27,798 nt of DNA, taken from contig CAZZDL010000008.1 in assembly GCA_964652335.1 (NCBI GenBank), positions 3,646 through 31,443 on the forward strand. Reading direction: 5' to 3'. The stretch is from Candidatus Micrarchaeota archaeon. Lineage in GTDB: Archaea; B1Sed10-29; WALL01; WAMD01. Every line of letters starts with the position of its first letter. Position 1 is the stretch's first letter. A model generated the notes under the pieces. That model ran no database searches and was not told the origin of the DNA. It saw only the letters and a program-made list of their open reading frames with translations. The position numbers were made by a program, and so were the translations under genes. Positions 1 to 7,170 of the stretch are shown piece after piece.

Positions 1-55
1 TCCTGTTCTGTTGGGGTTGTATAGTCTACCTGTGGAGCAGTTGTATCTATAGTAA
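1..55. repeat. Exact intragenic direct repeat, copy A (truncated by window edge)
   Basis: 1-55 is identical to 562-616. Offset 561 nt = 187 codons. Encodes TIDTTAPQVDYTTPTEQ. Confidence 0.95.
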
Positions 56-1256
56 CCTGTCTTACTTCGGTCTGATTTGAATTTCCTGCAGTATCATTAG
101 CGATTGCGTAGAATGTATATGTCCCATCTGCAAGTCCTGTCTTGTTGCTCCACCAATTAGTTCCATCATTGCTTTGGAAAGCCTCTTGTCCACCATTCCA
201 TACCAAAATAACACTGTCCAAATTAGCGTCTGATACAGTAACGTTTATGAATGTCCAATTTCTATTGTATGTTCCATTTGTGTCTGTATTTGGATTGTAT
301 GATATGCTCGGATTGCTTCTATCCAAGGTTATCTTCCTTGTTGCAGTACTGCCTAAATTCCCTGCATCGTCGTATACAGTCACATTGTACCAATACTCTC
401 CCTCGGGCAGACCTGTCCAATTAACAGCATTTGGATATGACGTGTATGTTGTGCTATTGATCAATCCAGACGAATTGTACAAGTAATACGTGAAGTTGGC
501 AAGATTGCTCTCAGTAATGGTTACGTTTACCGCGATCCAATCTCTGCTTACATTTGCATTGTCCTGTTCTGTTGGGGTTGTATAGTCTACCTGTGGAGCA
601 GTTGTATCTATAGTAAATGTCACTGTCTGAGAAAAATCAACGTTTCCTGCGTTGTCTGTGGCATATATCTTAATTGTGTGAGTTCCTTCTCCAATGTTTA
701 CAGTATCGTTATAGTAATAATCTGTTCCTGCTTGGTTGACAAGGGTGATATTTGTTGTTCCATCTATTTCAGCTGTTACAGAATTCACTCCAGAAGTTGA
801 GTCTGTCACGGTTGCATTTATGTTAGTAACATTTGCTCCATATGTTGTGTTTTGAGGATAGTTTATTGTTACGGATGGTGCAATATTATCAATTCTAACC
901 CACCAGCTAGCGTTTGAATCTGTTGCCGTGCTATTATCAGCAGTGGCGTTCAATTGATAATCACCATCAGGGACAGTGGTAGTGTCCCATGTAATATTGA
1001 AATTAGCAGGGAGTGAAGCATTTGAATTATCAGAACCTATAGACACCCATGCACTTGAAGTGCTGTTCCAATAATAGAACGTAACATTCGCATTCCCACT
1101 AATAGTGGTCGCGTCAACTGTCACATTTAATAGTATACTCCCCCTTTGCCATGTATAATTTGCAGGAGCATTCCAAGTAACAGTCGCAAGACCAAAAGAC
1201 AAAACAAAAATCAAGCTGACAATTAGTAATGAGATAAAACTAACCTTTTTCTTCAT
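1..1256 (-). CDS. Secreted cell-surface/S-layer-like glycoprotein with tandem Ig-like repeats (runs off the window's left edge; missing from the ORF track)
   Basis: ATG at 1256 with GGAGGGAGG upstream. Translation MKKKVSFISLLIVSLIFVLSFGLA (signal peptide) is followed by Thr/Asn-rich beta repeats ending in ..ATDNAGN..TIDTTAP, ..YDDAGN..TLDRSNP and ..NDTAGN..TIDTTAP. Many N-x-S/T sequons; frame open to position 1. Confidence 0.85.
   Translation of the reverse strand, partial: MKKKVSFISLLIVSLIFVLSFGLATVTWNAPANYTWQRGSILLNVTVDATTISGNANVTFYYWNSTSSAWVSIGSDNSNASLPANFNITWDTTTVPDGDYQLNATADNSTATDSNASWWVRIDNIAPSVTINYPQNTTYGANVTNINATVTDSTSGVNSVTAEIDGTTNITLVNQAGTDYYYNDTVNIGEGTHTIKIYATDNAGNVDFSQTVTFTIDTTAPQVDYTTPTEQDNANVSRDWIAVNVTITESNLANFTYYLYNSSGLINSTTYTSYPNAVNWTGLPEGEYWYNVTVYDDAGNLGSTATRKITLDRSNPSISYNPNTDTNGTYNRNWTFINVTVSDANLDSVILVWNGGQEAFQSNDGTNWWSNKTGLADGTYTFYAIANDTAGNSNQTEVRQVTIDTTAPQVDYTTPTEQ
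562..616. repeat. Exact intragenic direct repeat, copy B
   Basis: Identical to 1-55. Confidence 0.95.
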
Positions 1257-1295
1257 AGCACAAACCTCCCTCCGCTGTATGGTTTACCGTACAAG

Positions 1296-1315
1296 TATAT
1301 ATAAACCTTTCTTTT
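1296..1315 (-). promoter_or_regulatory. BRE/TATA promoter of the surface protein gene
   Basis: Minus strand reads AAAAGAAAGGTTTATATATA about 40 nt upstream of the ATG. Confidence 0.65.
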
Positions 1316-1450
1316 AACCAAAAAGAGACAACAACCTGTTTATCAGCTAAGGTAGCAAAAATGAGCAAATTTTACATCTAAAAGGCTAATTAATTGGAAA
1401 ATAGAAGGACTAATTGCTAAATGGAAAGGGGGTTATAAACGGGTTTAAGC

Positions 1451-3088
1451 TTACTCAAACTCTCCCATTCCTTCTCCGCCTGGCATTCCCTTGCTCTCAC
1501 TTGACTTCTTGCTGGCTGCTATTATATCGTCAATCCTCAAAATCATCTCTGCAGCCTCGCTTGCTGAGGAAATAGCCTGTTTCTTAACACTCATTGGCTC
1601 TAGTACGCTGGCATCCTTCATGTTAGAGATCTTTGCATTAAAGACATCAATGCCCAAATATGGATTCTTCTCCTTCTCCTGCTTTGCTCTTAATTCTACT
1701 AGTGTATCAATTGGATCCATTCCTGCGGACTCAGCTAGTGTTGTTGGAATTATCTCTAGAGCAGATGCAAATGCCTCTATAGCCAACTGCTCTCTCCCGC
1801 CGACGGTCTTTGCATAATCTCTTAACTTCATTGCCAAAGCCACTTCAATGGCTCCTCCACCCGCAACTATCTTCCCATCCTTCAAAGTGGATGCCACTAC
1901 GCCTATGGCGTCATTCAACGCTCTCTCAGCCTCATCAACCACATGCTCTGTTCCTCCTCTCACTAGGATAGTCACTGCCTTTGGCTCTTTGCAGTTCTCA
2001 ACAAATATCATGTTCTCTCCAGCAATCTTCTTCTCCTCAACCTTTCCAGCGAATCCGAGATCCTTGTCGCTCAAGTCCTTGATACTAGTGACTATCGTAG
2101 CTCCTGTAGCCTTTGCAAGCTTCTCCATGTCAGACTTCTTAACCCTTCTTACAGCCAAAATTCCTTCCTTTGCTAGGAAATGCTGGGCTAGGTCATCTAT
2201 TCCTTTCTGGCAGAAAACAACATTTGCACCACTAGCCTTTACCTTTTCAACCATATCCCTAAGCATCTTCTCTTCCTGATCTAGAAATGCCTGAAGCTGG
2301 TCTGGACTGGTGATCCTTATCTCTGCATCTGTCTCTGTTTCCTTGACCTCTATTGGGGCATTAATCAAGGCTATCTTTGCATTCTCAACTACCTTTGGCA
2401 TTCCAGGATGAACTCTCTCCTTATCAATTATTATTCCATTCACCAGCTCAGTATCAGCTAGGTCTCCACCCTGTTTCTTCTCTATCTTTATGTAGTCCGT
2501 ATCCACAATCATCTTTTCATCGTTCTCTGCCACTTGCTTGACAGCTTTAACAACAATATCTGCTAGCTTTTCTCTAGCTTCTTCAACGCCTTTCCCGGTC
2601 ATTGATGTTATTGCTAGCTTTCTTAGTGTCTCCTCGTCATTTGCGTCTATATCCATGGCTAGCTCGTTTAACAAGCTAATTGCCTTTCCAGCTGCCATCC
2701 TGTATCCCTTTATTATTAGTGTGGGATGTATCTTCTTGTCCAATAATTCCTCTGCCTTTGCTAGAAGCTCTCCACCCACGACAACCGCGGTTGTCGTTCC
2801 ATCGCCTACTTCCTTGTCCTGGGTCTTTGCAACCTCTACCATCATCTTTGCAGCTGGGTGCTCAACATTCATCTCATCTAATATTGTGGCTCCGTCGTTT
2901 GTCACCACTATGTCGCCCAAATCGTCCACTAGCATTTTATCCATTCCCTTTGGACCAAGGGTTGATCTTACAGCGTTGGCCACTGCTTTGGCCACTGTAA
3001 TATTTATTCTCTGCGCATCCCTACCTACAATTCTTTGGGTTCCTTCAGGCAATATCAATACTGGTTGCCCACTCAACTGCATCTTCAT
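1451..3088 (-). CDS. ths: Thermosome subunit (group II chaperonin)
   Basis: Motifs [31 protein letters not shown] and GGGAIE; GM-rich C-terminal tail; AAGGAGGG RBS. The start could be the ATG at 3082. Confidence 0.98.
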   Translation of the reverse strand: MKMQLSGQPVLILPEGTQRIVGRDAQRINITVAKAVANAVRSTLGPKGMDKMLVDDLGDIVVTNDGATILDEMNVEHPAAKMMVEVAKTQDKEVGDGTTTAVVVGGELLAKAEELLDKKIHPTLIIKGYRMAAGKAISLLNELAMDIDANDEETLRKLAITSMTGKGVEEAREKLADIVVKAVKQVAENDEKMIVDTDYIKIEKKQGGDLADTELVNGIIIDKERVHPGMPKVVENAKIALINAPIEVKETETDAEIRITSPDQLQAFLDQEEKMLRDMVEKVKASGANVVFCQKGIDDLAQHFLAKEGILAVRRVKKSDMEKLAKATGATIVTSIKDLSDKDLGFAGKVEEKKIAGENMIFVENCKEPKAVTILVRGGTEHVVDEAERALNDAIGVVASTLKDGKIVAGGGAIEVALAMKLRDYAKTVGGREQLAIEAFASALEIIPTTLAESAGMDPIDTLVELRAKQEKEKNPYLGIDVFNAKISNMKDASVLEPMSVKKQAISSASEAAEMILRIDDIIAASKKSSESKGMPGGEGMGEFE

Positions 3089-3311
3089 CCCTCCTTTAAA
3101 AATTTTTAAACATGCATGTTCATCAGAACAAGCTGGATATCTTTTTATACCAGGGTATTTAAAAATGTAAAAAATTAGTGGATATACACTTAATTATCCC
3201 CTAGTTACTAGGTATCTCTGCTTAGAACAAGTGTTTATATCTCAGCTTCAAACAATTAACAGATATGCATTATTTTCTATAGATAATAGACACATGTAAA
3301 CCATTTCTCAT

Positions 3312-3326
3312 AAAAGGTTTAAATAT
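3312..3326 (+). promoter_or_regulatory. BRE/TATA promoter ahead of the GC-rich structured element
   Basis: AAAAGGTTTAAATAT; the expected start site (~3347-3350) coincides with the first hairpin. Confidence 0.55.
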
Positions 3327-3348
3327 AATCACTGTCCCCAATCCAACA

Positions 3349-3428
3349 GCTCTTTTTGAGAGCAGCTCCAGCTTGGGGGACTGGAGCAGGGGGAGAGGGA
3401 CGGACTCCAGGGGCGGCGAAGCCGCCCC
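3349..3428 (+). ncRNA. Candidate structured non-coding RNA (three hairpins), family unknown
   Basis: GC-rich island in an AT-rich spacer. Stems: GCTCT/AGAGC (3349-3363), GCTCCAG/CTGGAGC (3365-3387) and GGGGCGGC-GAA-GCCGCCCC (3410-3428). Strand inferred from the upstream TATA only. Confidence 0.55.
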
Positions 3429-3490
3429 ACTAATTCTTCACAGTTTCCAAAACAAAAACCTTTTAATCACATTTTTCTAAAACTAGCTTC

Positions 3491-3844
3491 ATGTCAGATA
3501 TAAAGGATATAATGAAAAAAATCGCAGAGTTTAGCGAAGTAAGAGACTGGAGACAGTTCCATTCACCCAGAAACCTAATGATAGCTTTAGTTGGCGAAGT
3601 GGGTGAGCTAGCTGAATTAATGGCATGGAGAAACGACGATGAAATAATTGAGAGATACAAGAAAAACCCTCAAAAATTTGAGCATGAAATAGCTGATGTG
3701 TTCATAGTTTTACTAACCCTGTGCTGTGAGCTAGGCGTAGATCCTGAAAAAGCAATAATGGAAAAGTTAGAGCATAACGAGAAAAAATATCCGATAGAAA
3801 CCACTTCAGGGCATGGCTGGAAAAATATGGAAAAATGGAGGTAG
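3491..3844 (+). CDS. MazG-like (DCTPP1-type) nucleotide pyrophosphohydrolase
   Basis: RDWRQFHSPRNL..GEVGELAE..EHEIADV..KLEHNEKKYP signature. TATA-like AAAACCTTTTAA ~25 nt upstream suggests a leaderless mRNA. Confidence 0.93.
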   Translation: MSDIKDIMKKIAEFSEVRDWRQFHSPRNLMIALVGEVGELAELMAWRNDDEIIERYKKNPQKFEHEIADVFIVLLTLCCELGVDPEKAIMEKLEHNEKKYPIETTSGHGWKNMEKWR

Positions 3845-3858
3845 GCCAAAGAGATAGG

Positions 3859-4518
3859 CTAGTGCTTTTCTTTTCCCTTTTTTATCTCCTCAACCACCCT
3901 TTTAGCTAGGGATTCAGCACCTTTTGGTATGGGGACGACGGTAGGCTTGTATTCTATCTTTTTAGGTTCTATATCCATTCCAAGCTCCTTTCCAAGCTCA
4001 ACCAAGTCATTCCACATATCATCCCTTACCTCAAAGAAGTATCCATGTCTAATATGTGCCATGGACAGATAATCTGTAAGTGATTTTACCCTAGAATTGT
4101 CCTCTCCCAAATCTCCAAGTGCAATCTCAACCACCTTTAATCTCTTCATCGCATCCTCGTAATGATCAGATAGTTCATCTATATTCTTCTCTGCCTCATG
4201 ATACAAGTCTGCAATTTCGGAAATCTTGTTTCTCGCATTCTCTAGTTCATTATTGTTTATGCTCTCCTCTATCTCGTCAAGCAGTTTCTCTATTCTCTCT
4301 TTTATCTCGTCTCTCTTTTTAGAAAGCTCTAAAAACTTTACAACTGACTCATGTTTCAGATATGGTTCCAATGGCTTGTACTTTCTAGCTAGCTCGTCAA
4401 TGTTAATATCAAATGTTTCTGGATGTCTAGAGTACTTGGACATGTTCTCAAATATCTTTCTTCTCCTCTCTCTAAGAGCTCTCAATCTCTCCCTTGCCTT
4501 TTCTGGATTAAATGGCAT
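3859..4518 (-). CDS. Hypothetical helical/coiled-coil protein
   Basis: Long E/K-rich ORF. Start moved to ATG 4518 (MPFNPEKARERL..) because the track's 5' extension overlaps the divergent kinase gene. Confidence 0.75.
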   Translation of the reverse strand: MPFNPEKARERLRALRERRRKIFENMSKYSRHPETFDINIDELARKYKPLEPYLKHESVVKFLELSKKRDEIKERIEKLLDEIEESINNNELENARNKISEIADLYHEAEKNIDELSDHYEDAMKRLKVVEIALGDLGEDNSRVKSLTDYLSMAHIRHGYFFEVRDDMWNDLVELGKELGMDIEPKKIEYKPTVVPIPKGAESLAKRVVEEIKKGKEKH

Positions 4519-4566
4519 GATTAATTTTGAAAAATCAATAAATAAATAATCATCGTAATTTGTAAC

Positions 4567-5064
4567 ATGAACGTGGTAATAATCGGAGCTCCCTGCACAG
4601 GTAAGACAACCCTGTGCAAAATGCTTGAAAACTATGGATTTGAGCATGTTTCCATAGACCAGTTCAGAAAAAAGGATTGGGAGAGCTTCAAACCTGAGGA
4701 TGAGAAAGAGATATATGAAGAGTTCTTCAAGTACGTAATCCCTAGAGATAACCTAGTTATAGACACCCCTGGGATATCCCCATTCTTTCAGGAAAGAAAG
4801 CACATGATAAGGGATGCATTATTCATAAAACTAGAGTGCTCTCTTGAAGAATGTCTAAGAAGACTAGAAAGAAGAAAAGATCAGATAAATGTAACTCCAT
4901 CACTTCTCAGATGGCTGTATCTATCTGCAGAAAAGCTTCCCGCTCATGTTGTAATAAACACAGAAGAGCTAACCCCTGCACAAGTCCTAAGAAAGGCATT
5001 AGAAGCAATAAGAAGGCATGAGAAAAGAATAGAGGACAAGTATCTGGATGAACTACTAGACTAA
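4567..5064 (+). CDS. P-loop nucleoside/nucleotide monophosphate kinase family protein (adenylate/shikimate kinase-like)
   Basis: N-terminal VVIIGAPCTGKTT, HVSID, LVID, LECSLEECLRRLERR lid and INTEELTP. Confidence 0.8.
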   Translation: MNVVIIGAPCTGKTTLCKMLENYGFEHVSIDQFRKKDWESFKPEDEKEIYEEFFKYVIPRDNLVIDTPGISPFFQERKHMIRDALFIKLECSLEECLRRLERRKDQINVTPSLLRWLYLSAEKLPAHVVINTEELTPAQVLRKALEAIRRHEKRIEDKYLDELLD

Positions 5065-5075
5065 AACAAATATAT

Positions 5076-5765
5076 CTACACTATTCCTTTCAGTATTCTA
5101 GCCATCTCGTCTGGGTATTCTAAGAACATCTTGTCAAGACGGTCAAACTTCTCAGCCAATGCAAACATTAATGTCGGATGGGTCTTGTATCTTGGGTTTG
5201 TCACAAAAACAAGATCCCTAAGTAAATAATACGCAAACCCTCTCTTTTTCTTCACAATGGAATAATTACTTGAAAACCCATCCATGACTAAGTTTCCTAT
5301 AAGCAAAGGTCTCCTTCCTACATTAACAGTAACATGCCCATATCCTGGAGGAATGAAAACTCCTTCCCCCTTCTTTGCCTCCACCACAATAAACTCATCC
5401 AGCCTCCTGTCCTGAAACAAGAAAACTGCGTTTCCAGATAAGACTTCATAGAACTCTGTGTAATAACTTTTTCCTGCTCTTGGATGATAATGACCAAACG
5501 TCTTCACGTATTCACTACCTATGAATCCGGGTTTAATCAATGTAAGATCATATCTAACAGAGCGATCAATGAACTCCTTTGCCTTTGCGACCTTCTCTAA
5601 TCCTCTGTACATGTAATACAATGGCCCTTTCCAGCCCTCCAAGCCAGTGGGGTCCATTACCACTGGTTCCATTTCCTTAGGAAGTCTCAGACTCGGCTTA
5701 ACTCGCTTGCCTTGAAAGATCAATCCGTCTTTGCTGAGCTTGAACTTTATGCCTAACCTCTCCAT
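5076..5765 (-). CDS. pgi: Cupin-type glucose-6-phosphate isomerase
   Basis: LYYMYR, RYDLTLI.PG, KTFGHYH, EFYEVLSG and IPPGYGHVTVN metal-binding cupin motifs. Confidence 0.85.
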   Translation of the reverse strand: MERLGIKFKLSKDGLIFQGKRVKPSLRLPKEMEPVVMDPTGLEGWKGPLYYMYRGLEKVAKAKEFIDRSVRYDLTLIKPGFIGSEYVKTFGHYHPRAGKSYYTEFYEVLSGNAVFLFQDRRLDEFIVVEAKKGEGVFIPPGYGHVTVNVGRRPLLIGNLVMDGFSSNYSIVKKKRGFAYYLLRDLVFVTNPRYKTHPTLMFALAEKFDRLDKMFLEYPDEMARILKGIV

Positions 5766-5817
5766 TTCATCAACCCATTGTAATAAATTTATACGGTTAT
5801 ATATTGATTGAGCATGA

Positions 5818-5875
5818 ATATAAACTTTCCGATTTTCCGACTATTTTTATAGAAAATCAGTCGGTTTTTCGGAAA
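5818..5875. repeat. 58-bp palindromic element, copy 1
   Basis: ATATAAACTTTCCGATTTTCCGACTATTTTTATAGAAAATCAGTCGGTTTTTCGGAAA, identical to 7101-7158. Confidence 0.97.
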
Positions 5876-5886
5876 GTTAGATAAAG

Positions 5887-7077
5887 TTAAAATGCTGACA
5901 GGGTAATTAATTGTCTTGGCTTTATGATAATTCCATTAAGCTTCATATTTAATAATTGTTTTTTAGTTTTACTCTCTCCACCAACCTCAACCAGAAATAT
6001 TGTCTTTCCTTTTCTCACAATATAATCTGGACTTCGCTTTGCTCCTTTTATAGTGTTAACAGTGTACCCTCTGTTTATCAAAGAGAAAACAGCTATTTCT
6101 TCCCTAACAGCTCCTAAATCAGCATCTTCACCCAGTTCCTCACATACAGCTATTCTCATTGCTGGGTGGGAAAACATCACCTTCGGTTCCCCTCTAACTA
6201 ATTTTGGCCCCTTTCCATACGGCCTCACTATCCTAATAATCTGCATACTTTCAAGTGTATTTATTATCTCGTACGCAGTGTACTTACTTATCCCAAGATT
6301 CTTACTAGCGGAGTTTACGCTGAATTCCCCAAGAGAACTTGTAGCTATCATGTAGAGCATGGATTCCATCGCCGTTATTTTCTCACCACTCATATTAAGA
6401 TAGTACAAAGCGTCTTCCCTTATAGACTTCTTAATTGAATTGAAAACTGCGCTAGATACATTTTTATTAAATGAAAAAAACAATGGTAGCCCTGATCTAA
6501 TGTATTCATCCCAATTACGAGATAATGAAGGATTTCTAGCAATGAACCTTAATGTAGCATCCGGGTCTTTCCACACGTCATCGCTAGCGATTACCTTTGT
6601 CCCATCCATGAGATAAATAAACTCAGACAAAGAAAGAAATTCCATATTAAGTTCTGTCTCTCTTCTGCCCGCAGAAAAAACTAAAGGAGCACTCCCAGAA
6701 ACAACAAAACTAGCGTTTGGATTCTCATCATACAAAGCTTTAATATGTGACCTCCAATCTATAAACGTATGTGCCTCGTCTATGAGTAGTATGTCGTAAC
6801 CCCTTTCTATCGCATCTGATCCTATCTGATACAAACCTTCTCGTTTTACTTTGGGATTATCTGCATTTATGTATATACTCCTTTCGCTATGCTCACCAAA
6901 TAGCTGAAGCAACAAGGTAGTTTTTCCTGTTCCTCTAAAACCCCTAACTAATTTTATTCTAGGCTCGGAACCTAGTTTACTATTTATCTTGTGGAAGATC
7001 CATCTCTTCCTAAATTCCTTCACTAATTCATATAGTTTGAAACTATTCTCCCTAAGCCAATCTATTGAATCTGACAT
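5887..7077 (-). CDS. AAA+ ATPase, AAA_14/DUF4143 family, with C-terminal wHTH and PD-(D/E)xK-like region
   Basis: Walker A GFRGTGKTT, Walker B ILLIDEAH, VSGSA, AGRR; C-terminal PDYIV..LVEVG. Confidence 0.88.
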   Translation of the reverse strand: MSDSIDWLRENSFKLYELVKEFRKRWIFHKINSKLGSEPRIKLVRGFRGTGKTTLLLQLFGEHSERSIYINADNPKVKREGLYQIGSDAIERGYDILLIDEAHTFIDWRSHIKALYDENPNASFVVSGSAPLVFSAGRRETELNMEFLSLSEFIYLMDGTKVIASDDVWKDPDATLRFIARNPSLSRNWDEYIRSGLPLFFSFNKNVSSAVFNSIKKSIREDALYYLNMSGEKITAMESMLYMIATSSLGEFSVNSASKNLGISKYTAYEIINTLESMQIIRIVRPYGKGPKLVRGEPKVMFSHPAMRIAVCEELGEDADLGAVREEIAVFSLINRGYTVNTIKGAKRSPDYIVRKGKTIFLVEVGGESKTKKQLLNMKLNGIIIKPRQLITLSAF

Positions 7078-7100
7078 GATATACTTCTAGCACAAATGAT

Positions 7101-7158
7101 ATATAAACTTTCCGATTTTCCGACTATTTTTATAGAAAATCAGTCGGTTTTTCGGAAA
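7101..7158. repeat. 58-bp palindromic element, copy 2 (contains the BRE/TATA of the ATPase gene)
   Basis: Identical to 5818-5875. Minus strand CGGAAAGTTTATATA lies ~24 nt upstream of ATG 7077. Confidence 0.97.
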
Positions 7159-7170
7159 ATCTCCACCAAA

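Noticed and set aside
142..486. 114-aa plus-strand ORF
   Set aside because: Antisense shadow of the surface protein gene.
1491..3170. Several plus-strand ORFs over the thermosome (and similar ones over valS, acs, gapN, tpiA, fbp, galT and the cassette genes)
   Set aside because: Antisense shadows of well-supported genes, with no RBS or motifs.
3334..3430. tRNA half, SRP RNA, RNase P or H/ACA assignment for the GC-rich element
   Set aside because: No T-loop/D-loop, SRP helix-8 or RNase P motifs. The minus-strand ACA at ~3333-3335 lacks a K-turn and pseudouridylation pocket.
3173..3435. 9-bp inverted repeat AATTAGTGG/CCACTAATT as MITE ends
   Set aside because: Short, AT-rich, no target duplication and no second copy in the window.
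4519..4647. N-terminal extensions in the ORF track (also 12811-12864, 26355-26474, 27385-27522, 27492-27524)
   Set aside because: They overlap neighbouring genes or promoters; downstream starts fit the family N-termini or RBS better.
5818..7158. CRISPR repeats or Xer dif sites
   Set aside because: Two 58-bp copies separated by a 1.2-kb gene, no spacers or cas genes, and no 11-6-11 dif layout.
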